From positions 1,750 through 65,749 of IMG/VR virus record IMGVR_UViG_3300043765_000163: a stretch of DNA of 64,000 nucleotides. One strand, given 5' to 3'. Position numbers and translations under genes: made by a program. Under the pieces are notes generated by a model. It was not told where the DNA came from and searched no databases. It worked only from the letters and a program-made list of their open reading frames with translations. Shown here piece after piece: positions 36,867 to 47,387 of this stretch (position 1 is the stretch's first letter; every line of letters begins with the position of its first letter). The stretch is from a virus (lineage: Duplodnaviria; Caudoviricetes).

Positions 36867-38542
36867 GCACTAATCCAGCTTGGACGCCACTTGGTAAAAA
36901 AGTCGATTTAGGTCGTGAAGTACAAGGTACGCTGGCGGCTGGTTCCGGTGTAGTGCTTAACGGATATAATTTGGGCACATCATCGGATGGTTTGGTTGTT
37001 TTACAAGGGTTGGATACAACATCTCAGTTAGCTTTTTATCGGTTGCAAGCTGGTCAGGGAGTTACAATTTCTCAATCGAGCGATGGTAACGCGCTGGTTA
37101 TTACCTCTTCACTTTTAGCCAGTGGCACGCCGGGAGTAATGTTGCAAAGCGTTTATGATCCTAGCGCCAGTGGGATTGTTGCTAAAGCTGCCAGTGTACC
37201 TTGGACTGGAATTAGTGGGTTGCCGCTGACTTTTCCACCTACCGTTCCTATACCAGAAAGTTCTGTTACCAACTTGGTAAGCGATCTGGCTAGTAAAACG
37301 CCGACTACCCGAATGATTAATACTGGATCCAGTGTTCAGGGAGGTGGCGCACTTTCGGCTGATCTGACAATTTCTTTAGTTGGCGATGTGGCAGCTCCCG
37401 GTCCCGATATGCGTTACGGGACTGATGTAAACGGTATACACGGCTGGTTTGCTGCCAGTGTCGGTGCCGGCGACATGACTCAAGCAGTCTATGACCCGGA
37501 TAAAGACGGGATTGTGGAAGAAGCCGATACGGTTGCTGCTGGTGGAGTAAACACAGCAGCAATAATCGATGCAAATGTAACCGCTGGTAAATTGGCAGCG
37601 GGTGCTGCGTTGACCAATTTAGGATATACGCCGGTCAATAAGGTCGGTGATACCATGAGTGGTCAATTAGCGATTTCAATGGTTGGCGCGAACCTAGGCC
37701 CAGCCATGTATCAGAACGCGCATTTATTGGTTGAAACTACATCCGGTTATCCAACAATCGGTTTTGGTACCAGCGGCGGCGGAGCGGCAATTTCATATCT
37801 TTCCGGACATCAAGATCTGAATTTATATTATGCTGATGGTACAGCGGCAGCTTTACTTTCTTCAATTTCCAACATTAATGGCGCGCAATTAATAGATGGT
37901 ACAGTCACATCTTCAGAGTTATCAGCCGGAGCAGCGCAAGCCAATCTAGGGTATCGACCGGTCAACTGGAATGGCGACCAGATGACCAATACCAATGTGT
38001 TCGCCTGGCAACGGGAATGGGGTTTAGGCGCAGCGTCTTGGGAAGGATCGCCCATCCGGCTTCAATGCGCTACCAGCGGAGCTCGACCGCAAATTGCTTT
38101 CTGGCATTTGGGACTTGGCTATGCAGCAGCGCTTTATCTGGAAACAGATCAAAGCATGCGCACCATTGATGCCGGCGGAACAGTCCGGGTATTATTGGAT
38201 CACTTAAATAGTCCACACGCTTACGGGTTAAATTATGCGCCGGTTAATCGCGCTGGAGATCAAATGACCGGCGGTCTGTACGCGGTCGGAGCTCAGAATT
38301 TTGTAAGCGCTTATCAGGACGCAAACAATTACGCCACGTTACAGTCTGCCCATGGTCTTTATGTCCGTGGTCCTTATTATACCGGTTGGGGGACTGGACA
38401 GGTTGTTATCTCGTCTACATCAAATGCTTCCGGTTTCACTTTTAACACAAGTAACGGATATAGCTTTACACTTTTTGGTTATCAAGATGGGCACGTTTAC
38501 TTGGCGCGTAATAACGACAAACATCAAGTCCAGCTTTTATAA
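36863..38542 (+). CDS. Tail fibre-like protein
   Basis: Three (G/N)YxPVNxxGDxMT/S repeats and YDPxxxGIV motifs. Confidence 0.7.
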   Translation: MSTNPAWTPLGKKVDLGREVQGTLAAGSGVVLNGYNLGTSSDGLVVLQGLDTTSQLAFYRLQAGQGVTISQSSDGNALVITSSLLASGTPGVMLQSVYDPSASGIVAKAASVPWTGISGLPLTFPPTVPIPESSVTNLVSDLASKTPTTRMINTGSSVQGGGALSADLTISLVGDVAAPGPDMRYGTDVNGIHGWFAASVGAGDMTQAVYDPDKDGIVEEADTVAAGGVNTAAIIDANVTAGKLAAGAALTNLGYTPVNKVGDTMSGQLAISMVGANLGPAMYQNAHLLVETTSGYPTIGFGTSGGGAAISYLSGHQDLNLYYADGTAAALLSSISNINGAQLIDGTVTSSELSAGAAQANLGYRPVNWNGDQMTNTNVFAWQREWGLGAASWEGSPIRLQCATSGARPQIAFWHLGLGYAAALYLETDQSMRTIDAGGTVRVLLDHLNSPHAYGLNYAPVNRAGDQMTGGLYAVGAQNFVSAYQDANNYATLQSAHGLYVRGPYYTGWGTGQVVISSTSNASGFTFNTSNGYSFTLFGYQDGHVYLARNNDKHQVQLL

Positions 38543-40342
38543 ATGGCTGAAGTCACTCAAGGTGAACTGCAAGATCAAATCGTTTCCTTTCAAGGTGGAA
38601 CCGATACTGGGCACCAGCCGCGCTTGCTTCAACCGGATCGTTGTGTCCGGTCGGTAAATTGCACTTATCGCGGTGGTTTCTTGTCCAATCGCCCTGGATT
38701 TAAAAAATGGATTTTACGTTACGCTAACCCGGCTGATAAAAATTTGTTTGAACAAGGCGTTTTCCAAGGAGCGATTTATTATCCGGACCTGATTTATTAT
38801 AAGCCCTCCATCTGTGTTGTTTCCGGGGGCAATTTATATCAACTCCAGCTGGAAAGCGGTTACGCTAATGTTAATGCTATCAGCTACAATTATCTGAACC
38901 CTTATGTCCGACGTTGTTACTTAGCCATTGCCGACAAATATCTGGTGGTTCAAGATGGACAGAATTCACCATTAACTTGGGATGGAGCGTTACTATCAGT
39001 TTCTTCGACGGTACCAGTTGGAACTTTGATGGCTTACGGCCAAGGCCGGTTATTTGTTAAAGTCGGCACGCGCGCTATTCGGGCTGGCGATTTGCTTGGT
39101 TCAATTTCTACCGCGCCATTATCGTTTACTGAAACCAATTATCTGGATGAAGGCGGCGATTTCGGACCACCATCATTTATTGGCGATATCAGTGGAATGA
39201 TGTTTATCCCGGTGCAAGATACTGCGACCGGGCAAGGATCATTAATTATTTTCGGCAATGATGGCGCCATTACAGCTAAGGTCGAAGGTCCGCGTGAAAC
39301 GACTTATGCTTCAACCGGGCAAATAATTACTATTGGTTGGAAAGAGTTAACTGGTCCGAACGGTGGATTTATTACGGTTACCTTGGTTAATAACGGAGCA
39401 CTCGGTGATCTTTCAACTTGCGTAGTTAATGGCGACGTTTGGTATCGAGCGTTTAACGGTTGGTGTTCTTATCGTAATGCCAGGGCGCAAAGCATGCAGC
39501 CGACCGGTAATGGCGGCACTTGGGCACAAACTTCGTTTTCTAGCGAGGTGCAACATCGGATTAATGATGAGTCTGAACCTTTACTGGCTTACGGTTCAGC
39601 GATCAATTTTGATAACCGATTAATTGCGACCTGTATTCCGACTAAAGGGACGAACGGAGTTTATCATCTGGGAATGGTCGTACTGGATTTTCATCCTGTA
39701 TCTAGCGTGGCAATTACGCCCAGTGCTTATTTGCAATTGTACATGAACCCTTATCCAGTCTGGAATGATATCTGGACTGGGATTTTACCTTACCAGCTTT
39801 TAACCGGATCGATTAATTCACAGAATAAAGCGTTTGCTTTGGTTAATGAAAATGATCGCATTCAACTTTATGAAATTACCAAAGATGATCCGTTTGATAA
39901 TTTCGGTGTAACCGATCAACCGGTTCAATCATCAGTCGAAACACGCGCATTTATTTTTCAGAATGATCGCGAAGAAAAACGGTTATACGGAGGCGATATC
40001 TGGTTCAATAATTTGCGAGGCGATGTACAGGTAACAGCTTCTTATCGACCGGATGAGTATCCAAACTGGTACCCGTGGCATAGCGGCGTAATTCGAACCA
40101 AGTATAAGAGCGGGACCGGAGATCAAGTTTTTCCATTGCAATATTATCAGCCGGCTTTTGAGCCTCGGTTTCAACTTCCCACCCCGCCTAATAGCGATGA
40201 TGAATCAACCGGGCGTAAAACGTGGCGCGGTTACTCGTTTCAAGCTCGATTGGATATAACCGGGAGCTGGTCGATCAGCCGGTTCCGGTTACATGCGCAG
40301 AAACTGATCGAGAAATCCAAGTTTATTGATCGGCAAGTATGA
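38543..40342 (+). CDS. Tail nozzle / tubular protein B-like (P22 gp10-like beta-propeller)
   Basis: 599 aa, beta-rich; N-terminal FQGG...NCTYRGGFLSNRPG pattern; position in the tail module. Confidence 0.65.
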   Translation: MAEVTQGELQDQIVSFQGGTDTGHQPRLLQPDRCVRSVNCTYRGGFLSNRPGFKKWILRYANPADKNLFEQGVFQGAIYYPDLIYYKPSICVVSGGNLYQLQLESGYANVNAISYNYLNPYVRRCYLAIADKYLVVQDGQNSPLTWDGALLSVSSTVPVGTLMAYGQGRLFVKVGTRAIRAGDLLGSISTAPLSFTETNYLDEGGDFGPPSFIGDISGMMFIPVQDTATGQGSLIIFGNDGAITAKVEGPRETTYASTGQIITIGWKELTGPNGGFITVTLVNNGALGDLSTCVVNGDVWYRAFNGWCSYRNARAQSMQPTGNGGTWAQTSFSSEVQHRINDESEPLLAYGSAINFDNRLIATCIPTKGTNGVYHLGMVVLDFHPVSSVAITPSAYLQLYMNPYPVWNDIWTGILPYQLLTGSINSQNKAFALVNENDRIQLYEITKDDPFDNFGVTDQPVQSSVETRAFIFQNDREEKRLYGGDIWFNNLRGDVQVTASYRPDEYPNWYPWHSGVIRTKYKSGTGDQVFPLQYYQPAFEPRFQLPTPPNSDDESTGRKTWRGYSFQARLDITGSWSISRFRLHAQKLIEKSKFIDRQV

Positions 40343-42771
40343 ACGGTGGCGATTTAAGTTATAAGATTGGTTCTTTCGAACAGTTTGTGCCGCAGTTTCT
40401 GCCAGATACCGTCGTGATCCGCCCTTTTGGCGAGTACGGTATGGCTTTAGGCGGTTACTGGACCAAGCTGGGTGGAAGTTATTCGGTTAACGCTAACAGT
40501 TATTTAGCTGACCCGAATAGTTCGCCCATGGCTGACTTGATTTATCTGGTCCAGAACGATCTCAAATTGTTACCAGCGGTCAAACGAGTTTTAATCGCCA
40601 TTTATTGGTATACCTCTAACGATGTTGCCAGCTGGAAAACTTTGGTAGGACCAGCGATCGGCCCGGAAGTACAAAGCTGGAATTGGGCAGCCGGCGATGT
40701 TCCTCCTATATGGCAAGTCGGTTCTTGGAGCCGGGCTAATGCTTATTGGCTTAAAAACAATCATCAAGTCTGGCCTACCCCGGAAGATACAACATTGGTT
40801 GCCGGGATTAAATATCTGCAAGGTCAAGGATATCAAGTGGGCATCTTGCCGATTAACGCGTTGATCGCGAACAATTATTATTACGCTAACGGCGGTGAAT
40901 GGGAGATTGATCGTTCTAATCGGGTATGGAACAATAATACTGAGTTAGCTACTTACTTAACTAACTATCAGTCGTTTATTCAGCATTACATCGATCTTTG
41001 CGCCAATAATAATATTAATCCTTGGTTGTTTTCAATCGGCAGCGGGCTGCGCGATTTAATGACGGTACCGGATCGAACTCAATTTATAAAAGTAATTAAC
41101 CTGTTCCAACAGTTGCTGCTCTACGCTAAAGCAAAATTACCGAATGCCGCGACCATTTATTTCGCGGACTTAGATGAATATTATATTCCTTATTCAAATG
41201 CGCCAGCGCCTGGACTTTATCCTGGTTACTTGGATTCACTTTGGGTAACGCCGGAACTCGATTATGTTGGAGTTAACTGGTTTGCGCCGTTATCAGCTGA
41301 TGATTCGACCGATATAACACTTTTACAAAAGAATGTTTTACGCGGCGAAGGTTACGATTATTCACTGGCTAATTTTAATTGGCGCGGCAGTCCTTATACC
41401 GATCGTCTGATTTCGCTGACAACTAACAATTTTAAAACCGGATTAAAACAAGTAACTATTAATCCGCAGATACAAGGAGTAAAAGCTATTGCTCAGTGGT
41501 TAACATTTAACCATTATTCTCCGCGTGTCCTAGGTACGTTAGCTGGGTGCAGTCCACCCTCTGAGATTACTCCTATATTAATCATTAATCCGTTAATGTG
41601 TTCCAATCTAGCCGGTAACGCAGCGGTTTTAACTGATGATGCTCCAATATCGCCGGATACTGGAGGAATTGCGCCAGCTCCGGATTTATATGCGACCTAT
41701 CTGCAAATCGATCCGAATACATATGGGCATTTTACTTTACCGGCTACCATCCCGGATAATACAATTCTGAATTTCGAGTTTAATTTTGCGTTAAATACTT
41801 TAACCAGTTCTAATACTTCCAATTATCGGTTATTTTCTAGCTCATTCGGGCTGATGATAGACGCAGTTTCCGGTACAATTACTTTGCAGTTAACCCAAAG
41901 TAACGGATCAATTTTATCAACAGGACTTTTCACCCTTTGGAAAGGCGACATTGCCTTGGTTTATACCGATACTCGGGTAACCGTTACTGTAGGTGGAACT
42001 TTTGATCGAGACATATTGCCGGCTTCCGGATTAACTTTTGTTTTGCCGAAGCCAAGTGAGACTTGTTGGATAGGCAATCCGCCTCCGCCGAATACTGTAT
42101 CCGGCTATTCCGCTTGGTCCGGGCGAGTTTATTTCTTAAATTTTACTTTTGGCGCAGATCCAAATTCCGGCGGCAGCTTTTATTTCGAGGACAGTTATAA
42201 TGGTGTGCGAACTTCTTGGGATCCGATCGCAAGCAAAAAATGGATTGCGTTGACTGGGTACGGATCAGTTCATGGTAGCGCCGCTGATCCGATGACTCGG
42301 CCCGAGACGATTCTATGGCAATACGGCGCCAGTGTTCCAGCTAGTTACCCGGATGGAGCGGCACTTAACGCCGCAGTATTCTGGAACAATTATCGTATCT
42401 GGAATATTCAAGGGCCTTACGGATCCAATTTTGATTTAGACGAAATATACCAGGCAACCGTACTGTATTGTGCCGCTCTCGGATTAGAATCAGCTGATCC
42501 ACAGAACATTTGCGCTTGGTTTTTTGATACTCGTTCTCCTGCCGGTCGTTTGTTAACGATGCCTTCAACCGGCTGGCAATGTTATAATGATGCTTTTGAC
42601 GGGGAATTGGATTGTTCGTTAAACGGTAAAGCGGCGGTTCGTTACAGTGGAATTAATTTGATCGACGCGCCTACTGAAACCGTCGATGAAATGCTGGGGC
42701 TTTCTATTATGCCCGGGCCGATGCCACCGCAACGCGCCATTTTAGTTGAACCGGGAGTACCGCAACAATGA
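40339..42771 (+). CDS. GTA TIM-barrel-like (glycoside-hydrolase-like) tail protein with inserted beta-sandwich
   Basis: IGSGLRDL, YFADLDEY, LDSLW, DYVGVNWFAPLS, GEGYDY, SKKWIALTGYG and AWFFDTR match the GTA_TIM pattern. Confidence 0.7.
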   Translation: MNGGDLSYKIGSFEQFVPQFLPDTVVIRPFGEYGMALGGYWTKLGGSYSVNANSYLADPNSSPMADLIYLVQNDLKLLPAVKRVLIAIYWYTSNDVASWKTLVGPAIGPEVQSWNWAAGDVPPIWQVGSWSRANAYWLKNNHQVWPTPEDTTLVAGIKYLQGQGYQVGILPINALIANNYYYANGGEWEIDRSNRVWNNNTELATYLTNYQSFIQHYIDLCANNNINPWLFSIGSGLRDLMTVPDRTQFIKVINLFQQLLLYAKAKLPNAATIYFADLDEYYIPYSNAPAPGLYPGYLDSLWVTPELDYVGVNWFAPLSADDSTDITLLQKNVLRGEGYDYSLANFNWRGSPYTDRLISLTTNNFKTGLKQVTINPQIQGVKAIAQWLTFNHYSPRVLGTLAGCSPPSEITPILIINPLMCSNLAGNAAVLTDDAPISPDTGGIAPAPDLYATYLQIDPNTYGHFTLPATIPDNTILNFEFNFALNTLTSSNTSNYRLFSSSFGLMIDAVSGTITLQLTQSNGSILSTGLFTLWKGDIALVYTDTRVTVTVGGTFDRDILPASGLTFVLPKPSETCWIGNPPPPNTVSGYSAWSGRVYFLNFTFGADPNSGGSFYFEDSYNGVRTSWDPIASKKWIALTGYGSVHGSAADPMTRPETILWQYGASVPASYPDGAALNAAVFWNNYRIWNIQGPYGSNFDLDEIYQATVLYCAALGLESADPQNICAWFFDTRSPAGRLLTMPSTGWQCYNDAFDGELDCSLNGKAAVRYSGINLIDAPTETVDEMLGLSIMPGPMPPQRAILVEPGVPQQ

Positions 42772-43643
42772 TTCCAATTCCGATTAATGTTACGGTCGGA
42801 TCGGTTCCAAACGATTATGAACCGCCTAATGATGTGCAAGGGGTTCTGGAGGCGGTTCCACAGTTTACAACCTATACAGTACAAGCCGATGGTCCAGCCG
42901 TTGTCGTAAGCAAGACTGGAACTGAAACCGAACCGGGAACTGGCGCGCAAGTCGGCGCGGATCTAAATTCAATCTGGATTTGGGCATTGGGGCCTGGCTG
43001 GTTAGAAGCACCTCGGGTAATGACCGGGTATAAAAATACCTGGTGGCAAGTTAACACCGGTAAACCGGGTGAAATTCGACAGTTTTGCGGAGCGCCTTCC
43101 GGTTATTTTGATTCCAGCGGGTACGGAATTGAATGGGGCGGTTGGGAAGGTTGGGCCTTGTGCAATGGCAATAACGGCACAGTTAATTTATCTTTCCGGT
43201 TTGTTGTACCCGGTTACCGATATGCCTCCGGGCAGGGTTGGATTACTAATGTCGGTACTAACGTTGATCAGGGAGGCGGTCAAGGCATTGGTGGAACAGG
43301 TTATTTAGGTTCAACTCATGAACCGACCGTGGTTGATTCAGTTTGGGGTGGTTGGAATAAGTTTCAGATTCATTTGTATAACTTAGGCTCCGGCACAGTT
43401 GATTATGGCGGGGTCAATATCGATTTAAAAGCGGCGGGCGAGACAGGTTATGTTACCCCGGGGAAAGGGCAATGGCCGCCACGCGGCGGCGCGCATACTA
43501 TCGGGCCGCCCGGTACCGCTTCTAATATAATCGGGCAATGGACTTATCCAATTCATCAGGCTGGACAAATGACTAATAATTCGATCAGCCGGATACCGCC
43601 TTATATCGCTTTGGGTTATGCGCAATTTATAGGATACAGATAA
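42768..43643 (+). CDS. Tail collar / T4 gp10 C-terminus-like protein
   Basis: GWALCNGNNGTVNL..RFVVPG and C-terminal IPPYIALGY. Confidence 0.7.
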   Translation: MIPIPINVTVGSVPNDYEPPNDVQGVLEAVPQFTTYTVQADGPAVVVSKTGTETEPGTGAQVGADLNSIWIWALGPGWLEAPRVMTGYKNTWWQVNTGKPGEIRQFCGAPSGYFDSSGYGIEWGGWEGWALCNGNNGTVNLSFRFVVPGYRYASGQGWITNVGTNVDQGGGQGIGGTGYLGSTHEPTVVDSVWGGWNKFQIHLYNLGSGTVDYGGVNIDLKAAGETGYVTPGKGQWPPRGGAHTIGPPGTASNIIGQWTYPIHQAGQMTNNSISRIPPYIALGYAQFIGYR

Positions 43644-44350
43644 TGTCAATTCAGATCAGAGCGCAGCCATTGCAGTTTCCGAAAAGTTCCAGTGCGCCAT
43701 CAACATTCCAAGCGCTCTTGGAAACCATCGCGCAGTACACGCTCTATCTGATGGACCAAGATTATATTCTCTTGGTTAAAGGACCGAATACACCGCAGGC
43801 GGTAGACCAGAATAAAGTCTGGTTAAAAACGGATGGAGTTGGCCGGCCCTTGGGATTGTTCATCATGTATAACGGCAAGTGGCGGCAAGTGGCAACAGGT
43901 AATCCGGCGCAAATTACCATGTATGCCGGGGATTGGAACACCTACTTTGATAGCTCAGGGCTTGGTTTAGCCACATTACCATGGGACGGTTGGGCTATTG
44001 CTAATGGCAACAATGGCACCATGAACCTGACTAACAAATTCATTGTGCCAGGGTACCGTTGTGACGGCTGGAATTTATGGGTGACAAATGTAGATGGGTA
44101 CGACGCATATAGCGGCGGTCGAGCTAATTTCCAGATCGCTTTAAATAATCTGCCGTACATGTCGATTACATTTAATGTAATAGACGGGTTTCAAGGTGGC
44201 GCTGCTTATTGGGCTCCGGTTGCTTATAGCGATGTTGGGCAAGGAATCTGGACTTATCCGATAACTGGCACTGGTTCTAACAACGCAATCAGCCTGATCC
44301 CGCCGTATATCGCTTTAGGGTTCGCTCAGTTTATCGGATACACTACTTAG
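43643..44350 (+). CDS. Paralog of the preceding collar-like protein
   Basis: GWAIANGNNGTMNLTNKFIVPG and IPPYIALGFAQFIGY. Confidence 0.7.
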   Translation: MSIQIRAQPLQFPKSSSAPSTFQALLETIAQYTLYLMDQDYILLVKGPNTPQAVDQNKVWLKTDGVGRPLGLFIMYNGKWRQVATGNPAQITMYAGDWNTYFDSSGLGLATLPWDGWAIANGNNGTMNLTNKFIVPGYRCDGWNLWVTNVDGYDAYSGGRANFQIALNNLPYMSITFNVIDGFQGGAAYWAPVAYSDVGQGIWTYPITGTGSNNAISLIPPYIALGFAQFIGYTT

Positions 44351-44357
44351 GAATTTT

Positions 44358-46289
44358 ATGGCTCGAATCACTTTAGCTGAAGCTAGACCGCAATTGTGCC
44401 GAGCAGTGGATAACGGGGTGCCGATTAATGATCCGCGTGTCCCGGAACGAATTAACCAGGCAACCGAACGGTTAATGGCTGGTGGCATTTTTGTCGGCAT
44501 GGTCCAAGAATACGTGGTTTGCACACAAGCTAAATGTTTTACCCTTCCACGTGAAATTGAGTCAGTCATGGAAGTGTTTATTCTGGATCAGAGTTTGGAT
44601 GTAACATCGGGGTGGTACTCGATTGAAAATCCATCCACTTATGTCGATCCAGAGTTCCTTAACGATATTGTGCTTGTTGATCGCGGCGAATACCCGACCT
44701 TGTTCGATATTTGTACCCCAGGTCAATTGATTGTTTTTTCGCAGTATACCGAAAATACCGGCTCTGAAATCCGCATCTTCGGTTTGGATCCAAGTGGAAA
44801 CGAGATTTATACAATTCAACCGGGGGGCGGTTATGCACCTGGTGAAATGGTTCCATTAAGTATCAGCGGTACGACTACGGTTAATACGTTTTCTAAAATT
44901 ACCAACATTGAAAAGCCGCAGACGCAAGGACCGGTTCGGGTTTACGAAGTTGACCCTGCAAATGCCGGTAACCATATCATGCTGGCGATTCTTGATCCGA
45001 CCGAGCGAGTACCCTCCTACCGTCGTTACTACTGTGATGATATCCCGGTGATAACTCTGACAGAGCCGCCAGTCCGAATTCGTATTACCGGGATCCGACG
45101 ATTTCTGCCAATCCAGAACGATACCGATTTCATGATCTTGTCCAATCTGGGCGCGTTACGGCTGGAAATGATGGCGCTTGATCGCGAAGACGGGAATGAT
45201 TTCCAATCCAGTGCCGAGTTTCATAAACGCGCACTTGATTTATTACAGGCTGAAGCCAAACAATATCAGCAGGATCCAACCCGGGTCAGTTATCGTAAAG
45301 CGCAATGTCTTAATGACGAACAGTCATATGACAAAAATCAGCTGGGTCATGTCCGGGCTCGGTTAGCCTTGGAGAATCCGCAATTCTTGCGAGTCGGGTT
45401 ACGTAATATAACTAGGGGGATAAATACGGCCCAAGAACGATTAGTCAGTCAAGGGTACTGGAAAAACACTGTCGTTTATCTCTGGCTCAAGATTCTGGGT
45501 GACGGTTACATTATTCCGCCGCCCAACGTGGAATCAATTGTTACGTTATCGATTAAAGGCCGGCCGATGATCATGCGTAACCGCTGGTTTGAAAGCCATG
45601 AAGATTCAGTTGGCGAAAAAACTGCGCTTGATTTCCCGGTTATTAGCGCAATTGACCGAGGCACCGGACCAACCTTTTTCCCTTTAAAAGATCCGACTAA
45701 TATAACTGTCGGTTCAACTTCGGCTTTGGATGTGGGTCAATGGGCGTTGATTCAAGGTTACGATCAGAATGGTAACGAAGTTGATAACCAGATTGTTATT
45801 AACGGGATAACGTGGGCCGGGGAACAGGTATTCGTTAATACATCGTCGAACACATTGTTCAGTAATGTCACAGCGATCTTAAAACCTTTAACCCAAGGGT
45901 CGCTACAACTCTGGGCTTACGGATTAACTCTAGCCAGTATGCCTCCTTGGATGCGAGTAGCAGAATTCCGCCGCTGGTTTATTGCCGGGTTAGGTGATAA
46001 CCCGTTGCCATTCGATTCGGCAGCATATTGCCAGTGTAAACTCAAAGCGCGCAACGTCTGGGATCCGCAAGATTTTCTGACTGTGACCAATTATCCGGCC
46101 TTGAAAGAAATGCTTTTTGCTATCGCTAACGAGGAAGCGCAAAAACTTGATATTGCCCAAGTGCATGAACAACGCGCGTATAAGATTCTTAACGATGAAT
46201 TGCGCGCCCATCGCGGTAGCGCCACGGCTACGCTTAATATCCAGATGCACGGCTGGATGACTGGCGCCATGCGTAAACAACCAATATGA
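44358..46289 (+). CDS. Head-tail adaptor / tail tubular protein A-like, with internal tandem duplication
   Basis: Two homologous ~320-aa halves (see findings). Confidence 0.6.
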   Translation: MARITLAEARPQLCRAVDNGVPINDPRVPERINQATERLMAGGIFVGMVQEYVVCTQAKCFTLPREIESVMEVFILDQSLDVTSGWYSIENPSTYVDPEFLNDIVLVDRGEYPTLFDICTPGQLIVFSQYTENTGSEIRIFGLDPSGNEIYTIQPGGGYAPGEMVPLSISGTTTVNTFSKITNIEKPQTQGPVRVYEVDPANAGNHIMLAILDPTERVPSYRRYYCDDIPVITLTEPPVRIRITGIRRFLPIQNDTDFMILSNLGALRLEMMALDREDGNDFQSSAEFHKRALDLLQAEAKQYQQDPTRVSYRKAQCLNDEQSYDKNQLGHVRARLALENPQFLRVGLRNITRGINTAQERLVSQGYWKNTVVYLWLKILGDGYIIPPPNVESIVTLSIKGRPMIMRNRWFESHEDSVGEKTALDFPVISAIDRGTGPTFFPLKDPTNITVGSTSALDVGQWALIQGYDQNGNEVDNQIVINGITWAGEQVFVNTSSNTLFSNVTAILKPLTQGSLQLWAYGLTLASMPPWMRVAEFRRWFIAGLGDNPLPFDSAAYCQCKLKARNVWDPQDFLTVTNYPALKEMLFAIANEEAQKLDIAQVHEQRAYKILNDELRAHRGSATATLNIQMHGWMTGAMRKQPI

Positions 46290-47383
46290 ATACGGTCGGA
46301 CTTCCATCTTGCCCGAAAGGTAACACTCAGACATTTAAACTGGTTGTTAATCAGAACGGTAACCCGATTGATATAACCGGGTTCATGTTCACTTTTATCG
46401 CTAACAAAAATCTAGATGGAAAAATAGCGCCGCCAGTTGTGTTATCTTGGACTCAAAACGTACCGGCGCCAGATGGCACCACTAGCTTTGTTATTTCATC
46501 GGCTGTAACCAGCGTACTGGAGCCAGGTGCTTATTATTTCAATCTGGATATGACGGATCTGGTTGGCAACATCACTACCATCATGGCCGGTACTTGGCCG
46601 ATTACACCGGTGCCCGGGATGGTTGGTGCGACGATTACCGGACAACCTCCTACTCCGGGGGCGCCGCCTATCGCGGCCAACATCATGTACAAAACCGATT
46701 ATGCAACCGGAGCCGGGGCAATTAACTCGAATGAAGTTGACCGGGCAATGTGGGCAGACACTTCTCCGGCTAACATGAACACCAATGTTTATGACAAAAA
46801 CAAAGATGGTATTGTTGATGTCGCTGCTTCGGTACCTTGGACCGGGATAACCGGAACACCGACAGTATTTCCTCCGGATGCGACAGCGGAACTGATAGCC
46901 CATAAAAGTACTGCTAATGGGTACGCTGCCTTGGATGGGACCGGTAAAGTGCCAGCAACACAATTACAGCCCTATATCACTGATGCGCCGACTGACGGCC
47001 AATTGTATGGCCGATCAAATTCTGGTTGGATAGTAAGCAGCTTAGCTAATTATAGCACAGCTGAACAATGGACCGGCAAATATTGGCTTGACGGCAAAAA
47101 GATTTATCAAAAAACACTTAACATTGGGGCTCTGCCGAATAATTCTCAGATCACAGTTCTGCACAATATCATAAACATTTCTTACATTGTTCAGCTATCA
47201 TTCATCGTTTATTCACCGACTGCTGGAATCTGGGCAACCTTGCCTTGGGCTGATCCAGGGGGCGCTAATGATGAGATCGGTTGTTACGCTTCTACTACAC
47301 AAATCTTAGTTTCGACTGGGATGGATCGAACTTCATACAATCAGAACTACTGCACGTTGCAGTACACTTGTACGGATCGTTAG
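46286..47383 (+). CDS. BppU-like N-terminal domain fibre-attachment protein
   Basis: GNTQTF...[10 protein letters not shown]-terminus; C-terminal [21 protein letters not shown] domain. Confidence 0.7.
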   Translation: MNTVGLPSCPKGNTQTFKLVVNQNGNPIDITGFMFTFIANKNLDGKIAPPVVLSWTQNVPAPDGTTSFVISSAVTSVLEPGAYYFNLDMTDLVGNITTIMAGTWPITPVPGMVGATITGQPPTPGAPPIAANIMYKTDYATGAGAINSNEVDRAMWADTSPANMNTNVYDKNKDGIVDVAASVPWTGITGTPTVFPPDATAELIAHKSTANGYAALDGTGKVPATQLQPYITDAPTDGQLYGRSNSGWIVSSLANYSTAEQWTGKYWLDGKKIYQKTLNIGALPNNSQITVLHNIINISYIVQLSFIVYSPTAGIWATLPWADPGGANDEIGCYASTTQILVSTGMDRTSYNQNYCTLQYTCTDR

Positions 47384-47387
47384 GCTT

